Assembly (NCBI GenBank): GCA_003279925.1
Contig: QCGM01000008.1
Location: forward strand, 6,037-70,036
Length of the DNA: 64,000 nucleotides
Direction of reading: 5' to 3'
From: Prochlorococcus sp. AG-388-B05
Lineage (GTDB): Bacteria > Cyanobacteriota > Cyanobacteriia > PCC-6307 > Cyanobiaceae
Positions 1 through 7,652 of this stretch are shown here, in pieces. The position numbers were made by a program, and so were the translations under genes. The notes below the pieces were generated by a model. That model ran no database searches, was not told the DNA's origin, and saw nothing but the letters and a program-made list of their open reading frames with translations. Positions within the stretch are counted from its first letter, which is position 1, and each line of letters begins with the position of its first letter.

Positions 1-26
1 TTAAGGGCTTAAAAAAATCTAATATT

Positions 27-659
27 TTATGGGTTAGCTAATCGTGAAATATAATTTTCAAGTTTGCCAGCATTAATCCAACCAGTTGCAATTGTTTTAA
101 CATCGGTTTTGTTTACTCTTCCACGATGAATATGTGATATACCTGCTGGGAAAATAATAAGTTTCCCCCTCTCAGCTATTTCATGATGATTCTGCCAATG
201 AAATTCAGTTCCGCCAGAACTGACGTCATTACAATAAAGAATCCATGCTAAGACTCTATTGACAGGCTCTGTAGCTTCATCACTAATAGTCCAATCACAA
301 TGCCATTTCTTAAATCCCTCACCTGGTGCATAACGTTGTAAATTAAATATTGGGTTAACAAATAAAGATTGTTCTGGACAGCATTCTGTTATTAGAGGGT
401 GATCCTCAAGATATATTTTTAGTGCTGCATTAACTCCTCTAATTATGACTTCAGAGATTGCGAAGGCTTCTGGATCTGACCTATCTATTGAGACAAGACT
501 AATATCAGTAGATACTTTATATGGTTCTGAATTCAAAGAAGTGCTTTGTCCGAAAGCAATACCATTAGTATGTAAGTCTTTGCGGCGATCAAAGAAAGAA
601 ATCACACCATCAGCTACAGCCTCGAATCCTGAATTTTTATATTTTCCAATTAGTTCCAT
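27..659 (-). CDS. 2OG-Fe(II) oxygenase family protein (small cyanobacterial/cyanophage-like type)
   Basis: 210-aa ORF. It has an HxD motif (WHCDW), a distal His (ISHIHRGR) and an Arg, the typical double-stranded beta-helix dioxygenase signature. Confidence 0.7.
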   Translation of the reverse strand: MELIGKYKNSGFEAVADGVISFFDRRKDLHTNGIAFGQSTSLNSEPYKVSTDISLVSIDRSDPEAFAISEVIIRGVNAALKIYLEDHPLITECCPEQSLFVNPIFNLQRYAPGEGFKKWHCDWTISDEATEPVNRVLAWILYCNDVSSGGTEFHWQNHHEIAERGKLIIFPAGISHIHRGRVNKTDVKTIATGWINAGKLENYISRLANP

Positions 660-754
660 AAAAAGTATTAGTCTTGATTTATCGTAAACAATCCTTTAAT
701 CATATCTTTCAGATAACCCTTTATTTTATTTAGCTTTCTATTTAGGAAATATTA

Positions 755-1336
755 ATGGAACCTCTTAAAAAATTTCTTTTTTTAGTTGTAGTTGGAGGTA
801 GATCTCCAAAAGCAAATATCGAACTGCATGACGTTAGGTGGGTCATAGGTTCAAAAATTGAGGACACCTTTGATCAATTAAGAAATGATTGGTTCGGAGC
901 TGATAATGGCTTACATATAGATAGTTATAAAAAAATTGATTCAATTGATGGTTATAAAATAAATCTTAGAAATAAAGAGAATAATGAACCAAAAAATAAG
1001 ATATTTAAAAAAGATAAAATACACAATAAAAAATTATGGTTTGTAAATATTGGAGGATACGATTCAAGCTCTATGCAAGAAAAACATGAATTTGGTCTTA
1101 TTGTTGCTTCTAGTCCCTCAGAGGCCAAAACTAAAGCTAAATCAAAATGGCTTATTGACTGCAAAAAAAGACATAAAGATGATATTTCTGCTATTAAAAA
1201 GTTTACTGATGTAGACGATTGTGAGGTTATAAAAAATATAAAAAATTGGGAAATAGAATTAATACCGAATGATTATCATGTAGAAGAAAAAAATATCCCT
1301 GATTGGTTTGGATATATGAGAATTGATAAAAAGTAA
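755..1336 (+). CDS. DUF1543-like protein (two repeats)
   Basis: 193-aa ORF. The N-terminus LFLVVVGGRSPKANIELHDVRWV resembles the DUF1543 signature, and a second degenerate copy (LWFVNIGGYD...) follows. Confidence 0.5.
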   Translation: MEPLKKFLFLVVVGGRSPKANIELHDVRWVIGSKIEDTFDQLRNDWFGADNGLHIDSYKKIDSIDGYKINLRNKENNEPKNKIFKKDKIHNKKLWFVNIGGYDSSSMQEKHEFGLIVASSPSEAKTKAKSKWLIDCKKRHKDDISAIKKFTDVDDCEVIKNIKNWEIELIPNDYHVEEKNIPDWFGYMRIDKK

Positions 1337-1392
1337 TTTTATTTATTTACAGAAAAAAGTTTTAAAAAATCAGAACTAAAATATTTTGACCA

Positions 1393-1593
1393 TCAACTAA
1401 TAGTATTAAATCCACCACTTACTAAGAATATAATTGCACCTAGTGCCATAGTTGCTACACCCATATAAGGATATTTTTTTATTCTTGTTTTGGTTATAGG
1501 AAGCCAAGGAAAATATCTATCTGATTCTTTTATATCTATTATTTGTTTTCTTGGAGGGATACCTAAAACTTGCCTTCTTTTTGCTTCGCCCAT
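1393..1593 (-). CDS. small conserved membrane protein (MGEAKRR N-terminus)
   Basis: 66-aa ORF with a basic N-terminus and one C-terminal TM helix. This layout is common in cyanobacterial small proteins. Confidence 0.5.
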   Translation of the reverse strand: MGEAKRRQVLGIPPRKQIIDIKESDRYFPWLPITKTRIKKYPYMGVATMALGAIIFLVSGGFNTIS

Positions 1594-2024
1594 ATTTTTA
1601 AAAGGTTAAAGTTTAATTTTAAAATTTTAGTTACAAATGTGCGAGTTATTTAATGTATTGCTTCTTTGAATTTCTTTTCATTTAATCTGACATCCAACTT
1701 ATAATTCTTGTAATGTTATTAAAAATTTGAACTTCTGCTTCTATATTTTTTATTATTTTTTGGATCATAAAATAAATATTTAACGACTCCTTATTTGGCT
1801 TGCCCAATAATAATCATTTATTTAATATCCGCTAAACTTTTTCCTTTATAAAAAGGAGATAATTCTAAAGTTTTGTGAAATTCATCTATCTTTAGACCCT
1901 CAAAAAATTAACCCATACTTTAAATGTATTTAGTATTTGAAAGGTGCAAATATTAGTTTCAATAGTCATAAAAAATTAGATTATAAATAACCGTTATTTT
2001 AGATCCGCTTTCAATTAATCAAAC

Positions 2025-3227
2025 TTATAAACTTGACTTTCTTAAGAAATAAATTCCACCACCCATAGATATTAATACAGGTAGCCAAGTTGCAATTATT
2101 GGACTGAACAATCCTTTTACTCCCAATGAACTGAATACAAACGACATAACATAATAGATTAATATAAGAATAACGCTTAATCCAAATCCCTGACTTTTTG
2201 AAGATCTTAAATTAGATTTAGATCCTAGGCTACTTCCGATTAATCCAAATACTAAGCAAGCGCAAGGTAAAGTAAATTTTTCTTGGATACGAACTTGGAT
2301 TCTTCTTATTTCTTTTAAATTTCCTGTCTCTTTATATATTCGCTCAGCTTCTAAGGCTTGCTTAAGAGACATTTCAGTAGCATCTTTTGGTATTCTTGCT
2401 AGATCTAGAGGCCCTTCGATAAATGGATACCTATATTCCTCAAATTGAATATTAGTAGTTTGCCCGCCTTGGTCAATTGAAACAATACTGCCATTTGTAA
2501 ATATCCAGGAGGAGTTTTTTTTATCAAATACTGCACTTTTTGCTTTTAAAATTTGTTGTATATCTTGTCTCGAAAAATCCAGAACTGTAACTTCCTGCAT
2601 AATATTATTTTCGAACAAAGATGCATAAAAAATATGAGTAAGGAATTGATTAGTCTTTGTGGGCTTATTTGTTGCAGAGTCTATTTTTGAACCATATCTT
2701 GAGAACATAATATTATCTTTCCCTTTTTCACTACTAAAAGAACTTCCAATGCCAGCTCTTAAGGTTGATTCTGCTAACTTGTTACTTGCAGGCACTAAAT
2801 TATCGTTGAAATAAAAAGTTAAGCCCGTCATAAATATTGAAACAGCAATAGCAGGAGCAATAATTCTTGAGGTTTTTATGCCTAAAGATTTCAATGCTAG
2901 TAATTCAGAATTAGCTGATAATTTCCCATAAGCTAATAATGTAGACAATAAAACTGCCATAGGGAATGATAAAACTAGAAAACTAGGAAGACTATAGAAA
3001 AGAACTTTTATAGCTAAAAATAAAGGCAATCCAAATTCAACTATTTTTCTTATTAGATCAAACATCACACCGACTGATAATGAAATAACAGTAAAAGCAG
3101 AGATGGCAAATAGCATTGGAGGTAATATTTGCGCTATTAACCATCTATCCATTAATGGGATGGATTTCCAAGGTGAAGTGACTTGACGGATAAATTTTTT
3201 AAGATGTGATTGGGTTTTGGTTTGCAA
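2025..3227 (-). CDS. LptF/LptG (YjgP/YjgQ) family LPS export permease
   Basis: 400-aa ORF with N-terminal TM helices, a large periplasmic loop and C-terminal TM helices, the typical YjgP/YjgQ layout. Confidence 0.8.
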   Translation of the reverse strand: MQTKTQSHLKKFIRQVTSPWKSIPLMDRWLIAQILPPMLFAISAFTVISLSVGVMFDLIRKIVEFGLPLFLAIKVLFYSLPSFLVLSFPMAVLLSTLLAYGKLSANSELLALKSLGIKTSRIIAPAIAVSIFMTGLTFYFNDNLVPASNKLAESTLRAGIGSSFSSEKGKDNIMFSRYGSKIDSATNKPTKTNQFLTHIFYASLFENNIMQEVTVLDFSRQDIQQILKAKSAVFDKKNSSWIFTNGSIVSIDQGGQTTNIQFEEYRYPFIEGPLDLARIPKDATEMSLKQALEAERIYKETGNLKEIRRIQVRIQEKFTLPCACLVFGLIGSSLGSKSNLRSSKSQGFGLSVILILIYYVMSFVFSSLGVKGLFSPIIATWLPVLISMGGGIYFLRKSSL

Positions 3228-3311
3228 AAGAAATTTATTTAATTAAATTTTCAATAGTTTTTAAGATTATAAAATACTAATCATATTGAGACCATCTTTA
3301 CTCTTTTCTCT

Positions 3312-3479
3312 CTATAAAATTATATTTTCTTTTTTAAGCTTGTTCTCTAATTCTATTGGCCTATACGAAAGATCTTTTTTAATTGCTTTAATAGCCTCTG
3401 AGTACTTTTTTTTATCAGACAAAAGAATTTTTATTAAATTGTATTGGCTCTCGATCTCTTTAGAAGAAAAATTAGCCAT
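3312..3479 (-). CDS. hypothetical 55-aa hydrophilic protein
   Basis: ATG..TAG ORF (MANFSSKEIESQYNLIKILL...) not in the track. It looks more protein-like than the opposite-strand 65-aa ORF 3286..3483 and is co-oriented with its neighbours. Confidence 0.3.
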   Translation of the reverse strand: MANFSSKEIESQYNLIKILLSDKKKYSEAIKAIKKDLSYRPIELENKLKKENIIL

Positions 3480-3543
3480 GTAATAATTAAGTGTATTTCT
3501 TTTTATTTTAGGATGTTTGTCAATGACTTTTAATATCTATATT

Positions 3544-3705
3544 TTATAATGATTTTCTAGTCCCTCCATAAGAATATTGATCTTCTTTAGAAATAATATC
3601 CCAACATTTTTTACAGCAGATAATCCATTTTGTGTGATTAATAGATTTAACTCTAAAATGGATTTTGCCTGACTTATTACAAATATCGCAATCTTTTTTG
3701 GTCAT
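3544..3705 (-). CDS. small zinc-ribbon-like protein (53 aa)
   Basis: Hand-translated as MTKKDCDICNKSGKIHFRVKSINHTKWIICCKKCWDIISKEDQYSYGGTRKSL. It has a CxxC ... CxxC arrangement. Confidence 0.45.
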   Translation of the reverse strand: MTKKDCDICNKSGKIHFRVKSINHTKWIICCKKCWDIISKEDQYSYGGTRKSL

Positions 3706-4177
3706 AATTTTAGTTTTATTTTTTGGCGTCTTTTAGTTTGATAAGACTAAATTATCAATTTCAATTTCATCTTTAGCCTTGGTAGCAAGTCCAAGATACA
3801 TGGTTTTATTTAAAATGTTTTTTGTTCTATCAAGTGAGAAAAAAAGAATCATTAAAGCTTTTTTATTGATAAATTTACAGGATAAGAATATTTGCTATTG
3901 CAATTAATTTAGATATTTGTTTTATTAAAAAAAAATGAAGTTATGACTTCCAAAACATTAGTAAGAAATTGCAATTGTATTCATTGCAAACAGAAATTGG
4001 AACAAATAAGTCGTTCAAAAGTTTATTGGGATAAGTTAATTAGTAATAAATTGAATGCTTAAATTTTTTTAAGTAATTGAATTTCTATAAAATAAGAAAA
4101 CATATTAAAAAAAAATACCAAAATAATTACAGCAATATTAAATATAAAGCTTAAATTTTTGGAGTTTAGATTCGTTT

Positions 4178-4279
4178 TTATCGAGCTTTTTTATTATTTC
4201 GGTAGATTTTATTCTCTCGATTAAATAGCCATAAAATAGCAATTATACAAAAAGGAATAAGAATGAAATCTAAGGACAT
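4178..4279 (-). CDS. micro-ORF, single-TM peptide (33 aa)
   Basis: MSLDFILIPFCIIAILWLFNRENKIYRNNKKAR: a hydrophobic helix followed by a basic tail. Confidence 0.25.
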   Translation of the reverse strand: MSLDFILIPFCIIAILWLFNRENKIYRNNKKAR

Positions 4280-4485
4280 ATTGAATTTAATCTATATCCT
4301 TTTTTAGCAAGATTATTTCATTTTGACAGGAAAGTTTCTAAAAATAATAAATCCTAATGTATAAGTTCTTATTCACAAACTTTTTCTAAAGTGCTAATCA
4401 ATGCCTTATCTAAATTTTTTTTTATTTTAAATCAAAAAAAACTGTTGATTTGTTATTTTACAAACTGAGTATTATTTGCAAAAAA

Positions 4486-4586
4486 TTAAAAAGAGCTTGC
4501 TCGCATCCCTACTAGCAAACTCTCATGACGATTAAGTTAAATTCAGATTGACTGAGCTTAACCAGCTAAGCACTTCCTAAATGCTT
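4486..4586 (-). ncRNA. candidate ~100-nt sRNA, copy 1 (TATAAT at 4598-4593; ends in a hairpin with loop TAGTAGGGAT plus a T-run)
   Basis: On the minus strand, TATAAT is followed about 100 nt later by GAGTTTGC-TAGTAGGGATGCGA-GCAAGCTC-TTTTT (4522-4488). The 3' ~70 nt are homologous to 7200-7270 (+). Confidence 0.35.
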
Positions 4587-4620
4587 GTTTTTATTATAGT
4601 AAGTAAAAATACTTAGTGTG

Positions 4621-4632
4621 AGTATAAATACT
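4621..4632 (+). promoter_or_regulatory. exact 12-mer AGTATAAATACT (copy 1), with related AGTAAAAATACT at 4602-4613
   Basis: Near-palindrome AGTAT-AA-ATACT in intergenic DNA. The same 12-mer recurs at 12310 and 33486. Confidence 0.35.
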
Positions 4633-4694
4633 CAAGCTGGTTTGCACTAGATTTAGCTGACTACTCTATGGATCTATTAATAAGTGATAATTCA

Positions 4695-4829
4695 CTATCT
4701 CCAGGTTAGATTAGAAAAAAAGAAATACCAAATAAAGACTATTAAATTAAGAACAAATATTATACCTAGAAAAATATATGCAAATTTTTTACCTATAAAA
4801 GCTGTTTCAGGTTCCAGTTTTACTCTCAT
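4695..4829 (-). CDS. micro-ORF, single-TM peptide (44 aa)
   Basis: MRVKLEPETAFIGKKFAYIFLGIIFVLNLIVFIWYFFFSNLTWR, hand-translated. Confidence 0.25.
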   Translation of the reverse strand: MRVKLEPETAFIGKKFAYIFLGIIFVLNLIVFIWYFFFSNLTWR

Positions 4830-5153
4830 TTTTTACCCTTAATTTCTTAATAAATCTATCACCTTTTAAAATTAAAAAATTCCCTTGTATTATTATTTAC
4901 CCTTATATAAACCCATAAATTAAAAAGATAGAACTTACATAAGAAACAAAATTAAATTTGTAGAAAGTAATCTTATCCCTAAATATCTTTCAGTTTTTTA
5001 GTCCCTTTTAATATATTTCTTATTCTGAAACAAAAAACATTATTGGGGACTTGGATAATATCTAAAGATTTTTTTTCATTTTATTTAAAATAAATTTTAA
5101 GCTAGAACTCAATCTAAGAATGCTAGTTAAAGTTTTTTAATTAAAATCACAAC

Positions 5154-5270
5154 TTAAAGATATTGACTGAAATCTTTATTGATTAACTGATTAATAACTT
5201 TATCCAACCATTCGGTATTGGTTTCAGTTTTCCCTATCCCCCTTTTGGGATTTTTTTTTCTTGTAATCAT
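5154..5270 (-). CDS. micro-ORF, basic hydrophilic peptide (38 aa)
   Basis: MITRKKNPKRGIGKTETNTEWLDKVINQLINKDFSQYL. Confidence 0.25.
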   Translation of the reverse strand: MITRKKNPKRGIGKTETNTEWLDKVINQLINKDFSQYL

Positions 5271-5363
5271 AAATCTTCCTCAAATAAAAATTAATTTTAA
5301 TTTAGAATAAATCTATTAAAAATCAATCTGCAAAATTTACAAGTTTACGTATAAAAGTTAATT

Positions 5364-5513
5364 TTAGTCGCAATAGAAAAGGCATTCTTTTTTAGAGGGA
5401 TGCTCTTTGCATTCTGCAGCCCAATAGTCTTTTTTAGGTAAAAATGATGTTAAATCAGCCTCCAATGAAGTTTTATTTTTTGGAAGACTTTTGAAAGTGT
5501 CATTTAATGCCAT
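5364..5513 (-). CDS. small Cys-containing protein (49 aa)
   Basis: MALNDTFKSLPKNKTSLEADLTSFLPKKDYWAAECKEHPSKKECLFYCD. An AGAGG-like purine run lies upstream. Confidence 0.35.
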   Translation of the reverse strand: MALNDTFKSLPKNKTSLEADLTSFLPKKDYWAAECKEHPSKKECLFYCD

Positions 5514-5537
5514 GATTAAAACCTCTTTCTTTTAGTG

Positions 5538-5639
5538 TTAATACTGTTGTTTGTAACCTTTTTTAGTTTGGGTAAGTCTAGCTCCAAGATAGGTTAATAA
5601 AATTAGCCAGAATACAATTTCCAATCCGAGGTTGGTCAT
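5538..5639 (-). CDS. micro-ORF, single-TM peptide (33 aa)
   Basis: MTNLGLEIVFWLILLTYLGARLTQTKKGYKQQY. It lies 24 nt upstream of the next minus-strand ORF. Confidence 0.3.
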   Translation of the reverse strand: MTNLGLEIVFWLILLTYLGARLTQTKKGYKQQY

Positions 5640-5746
5640 TTGATTTGCCTCCAATTATTTGATTTGACTTTAATATGATTTTTATTATTCCGATAGAGTT
5701 TTTATACTGATTAAAGACTTAAATTTAATGGGTTTTAAACCTGTTT

Positions 5747-5860
5747 TTATATCCCGTCTTGATCTTCACCGAAAGGATTATATCTAATATCCCAAATTAA
5801 GACTACTGCAGTTGATAAAATTAGTAAGGCAAAAATTACTTGAGGCGGAGGATAAATCAT
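5747..5860 (-). CDS. micro-ORF, TM helix plus acidic EDQDG tail (37 aa)
   Basis: MIYPPPQVIFALLILSTAVVLIWDIRYNPFGEDQDGI. The tail resembles the DDQDGG family at 19724 and 21066. It starts 2 nt after the upstream ORF stop. Confidence 0.3.
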   Translation of the reverse strand: MIYPPPQVIFALLILSTAVVLIWDIRYNPFGEDQDGI

Positions 5861-5862
5861 TT

Positions 5863-5982
5863 TTATCGATTCATCATATAAGCAATAAGTCCGGAGAAGG
5901 TAAGAAGCTTAAAAATAATAAAAAATGGCATAATCTTCTTAGCTTTTAAGCCAAAAGGTAAATATTTACTAATTGCATTCAT
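5863..5982 (-). CDS. micro-ORF, membrane peptide (39 aa)
   Basis: MNAISKYLPFGLKAKKIMPFFIIFKLLTFSGLIAYMMNR. Confidence 0.3.
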   Translation of the reverse strand: MNAISKYLPFGLKAKKIMPFFIIFKLLTFSGLIAYMMNR

Positions 5983-6107
5983 TTTGTATAAATATTTAAA
6001 TAATACTAACCAATTTTTTTAAAAATAGAAAATAAATTCATATTCTAATTTGCTTCATTCAGATAACTTAAAGAGAATATAGTTAAGGTAATTAATTGAA
6101 TAAAACG

Positions 6108-6136
6108 AAAAAACCAGACTGAATTTAACAATCTGG
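6108..6136 (-). terminator. Rho-independent terminator of the hli pair
   Basis: Minus strand: CCAGAT-loop(11)-GTCTGG followed by TTTTTT, about 25 nt downstream of the hli stop. Confidence 0.6.
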
Positions 6137-6160
6137 CTTATAAAATTTATTTGAATAGAT

Positions 6161-6301
6161 TTAAATAAATCCAGGAATGATTTGACCTGTAGTCAAATAA
6201 GCTCCAACTAATGCAATGAATCCCATCATGGCAAATCTGCCATTAAGTTTTTCAGCTACGATTTTTTCTTTTTCAACTAATTTTGTTTCGTTGTTCTTCA
6301 T
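6161..6301 (-). CDS. hli: high-light-inducible protein (HLIP, one-helix CAB-like), 46 aa
   Basis: MKNNETKLVEKEKIVAEKLNGRFAMMGFIALVGAYLTTGQIIPGFI. It carries the canonical E-x2-NGR-x-AM-x-GF chlorophyll-binding helix. The true start is the internal ATG of track ORF 6161..6379. Confidence 0.85.
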   Translation of the reverse strand: MKNNETKLVEKEKIVAEKLNGRFAMMGFIALVGAYLTTGQIIPGFI

Positions 6302-6408
6302 TAGAACCAACCAGGAATGATTTGACCTGTTGTTACGTAAGCACCTACAGCTGCCACGAAACCTAACATTGCTGCCCAACCATTAAAACGTTCTGCTTCA
6401 GGAGTCAT
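6301..6408 (-). CDS. hli: high-light-inducible protein (HLIP), 35 aa
   Basis: Hand-translated as MTPEAERFNGWAAMLGFVAAVGAYVTTGQIIPGWF. Its TAA stop shares one base with the ATG of the downstream hli (TAATG). Confidence 0.85.
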   Translation of the reverse strand: MTPEAERFNGWAAMLGFVAAVGAYVTTGQIIPGWF

Positions 6409-6445
6409 TTTTTTTAAAGTGATTTATATTAATAAATATAACACA

Positions 6446-6482
6446 TATATTTATTTTTGTAAATAAATAGAAGTAAATACTC
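6446..6482 (-). promoter_or_regulatory. hli upstream region with an HLR1-like half site and a GTA-N8-TAT element
   Basis: Minus strand reads GAGTATTTACTTCTATTTATTTACAAAAATAAATATA. There is one perfect TTTACAAA octamer, and the second octamer after N2 is degenerate. GTA-tttacttc-TAT resembles an NtcA site with one mismatch. Confidence 0.25.
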
Positions 6483-6573
6483 GCACTGCAGATTATTTAG
6501 CCACATTTCTGTTACATTAATGTCTCAAAAGTTTCTAGGTCTCTATAGCTGACTAGGAATTGCAACGCTACTT

Positions 6574-6708
6574 TTAAGGCTTAGACTTCTCATCAAATTT
6601 AGTTTGAAGTTTTGCCGCCTTATGCAATAAACCTACCGCTTCTTTTCTGCCGGTTGCGATGGATGCTTGATGCAATAAATCTGCATACTTTTTGTTTAAT
6701 TTTTTCAT
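6574..6708 (-). CDS. small basic helical protein (44 aa), paralog of 26534..26662
   Basis: MKKLNKKYADLLHQASIATGRKEAVGLLHKAAKLQTKFDEKSKP. It shares an R-x-EA-x3-(L/I)2-x-KA-x-K-x-Q-x-K pattern with the 26534 ORF. Confidence 0.4.
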   Translation of the reverse strand: MKKLNKKYADLLHQASIATGRKEAVGLLHKAAKLQTKFDEKSKP

Positions 6709-7167
6709 TTAATTTGTAATATTATAAATTCAGGATTGATAAGGAGGATAAGTATTTATAATTAATCAAAAAAGAGATTAAAAACACTTATATTTTTGAA
6801 AGTTTGACTCTTGCAATTGGTATTCTTATTAGAAATTCTTTAGCTTGGTCAATATTAATTAATCTTATCTCTACCTGAGATATTCTTATATTACCATGAT
6901 TCCACTTATAACTGTGATTTGAGTTAGCGTTAATTACTTATAGTCAAAATTTTATAGATCTCTTAGGATTTAATACATTGAAGAATTTTTTTTAATTATT
7001 ATTTAATATATAAATCAATCTATTTAAATATTAGAAAGAACATGGACAGCAGTTCAAAGAAAGATAGTTCAACATATACATGATTATGTTTAAGAAGCCT
7101 TTTTTATATTCTTTTTTCATTTTTTAGGAACCAAATTCTTGCACTTAATTATTTATAAAATAATTTT

Positions 7168-7270
7168 GAGCAGCTTTTTTTATTGAGATTGAATCCTCAT
7201 TTAATATAAATTTTAACTAATATTATGAGACGAGTCAGCTAGTAGGGATACAGGCTGACTCTATTTATTC
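7168..7270 (+). ncRNA. candidate ~100-nt sRNA, copy 2 (TATAAA/TAAAAT at 7154-7161; hairpin with loop TAGTAGGGAT)
   Basis: GAGTCAGC-TAGTAGGGATACAG-GCTGACTC (7232-7261) followed by TATTTATT. The 5' flank AATTTTAACTAATATTATGAGA is homologous to copy 1. Confidence 0.35.
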
Positions 7271-7321
7271 TAAAACAAAAGATATTTTTCAAACAAATAG
7301 AAATCTCCCAAAATACAAAAG

Positions 7322-7352
7322 AAGAATATTTTTTTTCTAATATTCTTTTTTT
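7322..7352 (+). terminator. strong hairpin plus T-run (possibly bidirectional terminator)
   Basis: AAGAATATT-ttttttct-AATATTCTT (perfect 9-bp stem) followed by TTTTT. The reverse strand is also followed by a T-rich tract. Confidence 0.5.
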
Positions 7353-7479
7353 AGATCGCTTTAAGAATTAATCTAAAAGCAGTTTAATTTTTATACAAAT
7401 TTATATTCTTGAATATAGAGTAAATACTCTTTTTATTTAAGTAAATAATTGCTATTAATAAATTAGATAAAAAAAAGTT

Positions 7480-7644
7480 ATGTCATTTACTACTTACTAT
7501 ATGCATTTGATTTTCGCTAGCATTCCATCCCTATTCAGTTCTGATTTGATACTTTATATTTTACCAATTTTAACTGTTTCAATATTGTTCTTTAGCTTCA
7601 AAATAATGTTTTATAAAGCTCCAAAATTGAGAAGAGCTAAATAA
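7480..7644 (+). CDS. small two-helix membrane protein (54 aa)
   Basis: MSFTTYYMHLIFASIPSLFSSDLILYILPILTVSILFFSFKIMFYKAPKLRRAK. GAGTAAATACTC lies about 50 nt upstream. Confidence 0.35.
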   Translation: MSFTTYYMHLIFASIPSLFSSDLILYILPILTVSILFFSFKIMFYKAPKLRRAK

Positions 7645-7652
7645 AAACTATT

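Noticed and set aside
3286-3483. 65-aa plus-strand track ORF.
   Set aside because: It is a Leu/Phe/Ser/Ile-rich, low-complexity translation. The opposite strand carries a more protein-like 55-aa ORF that is co-oriented with its neighbours. Neither ORF is certain.
4540-4600. tRNA-like stretch GCTTAGCTGGTTAAGCTCAG (minus strand), a possible tRNA fragment or att site.
   Set aside because: Only a D-arm-like stem-loop is present. There is no T-arm (GGTTCGA) or acceptor pairing, and no similarity to the 3' end of the tRNA-Val in the window. I treated it as part of the sRNA-like element.
4621-4632. Reading AGTATAAATACT as an NtcA site (GTA-N8-TAC) or a cyanobacterial LexA box (RGTAC-N3-DGTWCB).
   Set aside because: The spacing is GTA-N4-TAC, and the AGTAT arms lack the C of the LexA half-site, so it fits neither consensus. 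I kept it as an unassigned motif.
6161-6379. 72-aa track ORF that looks like one long HLIP.
   Set aside because: Its first 26 codons are an out-of-frame read through the upstream hli gene. The HLIP motif begins after the internal ATG at 6301, which overlaps the upstream stop (TAATG). I therefore annotated two separate hli genes.
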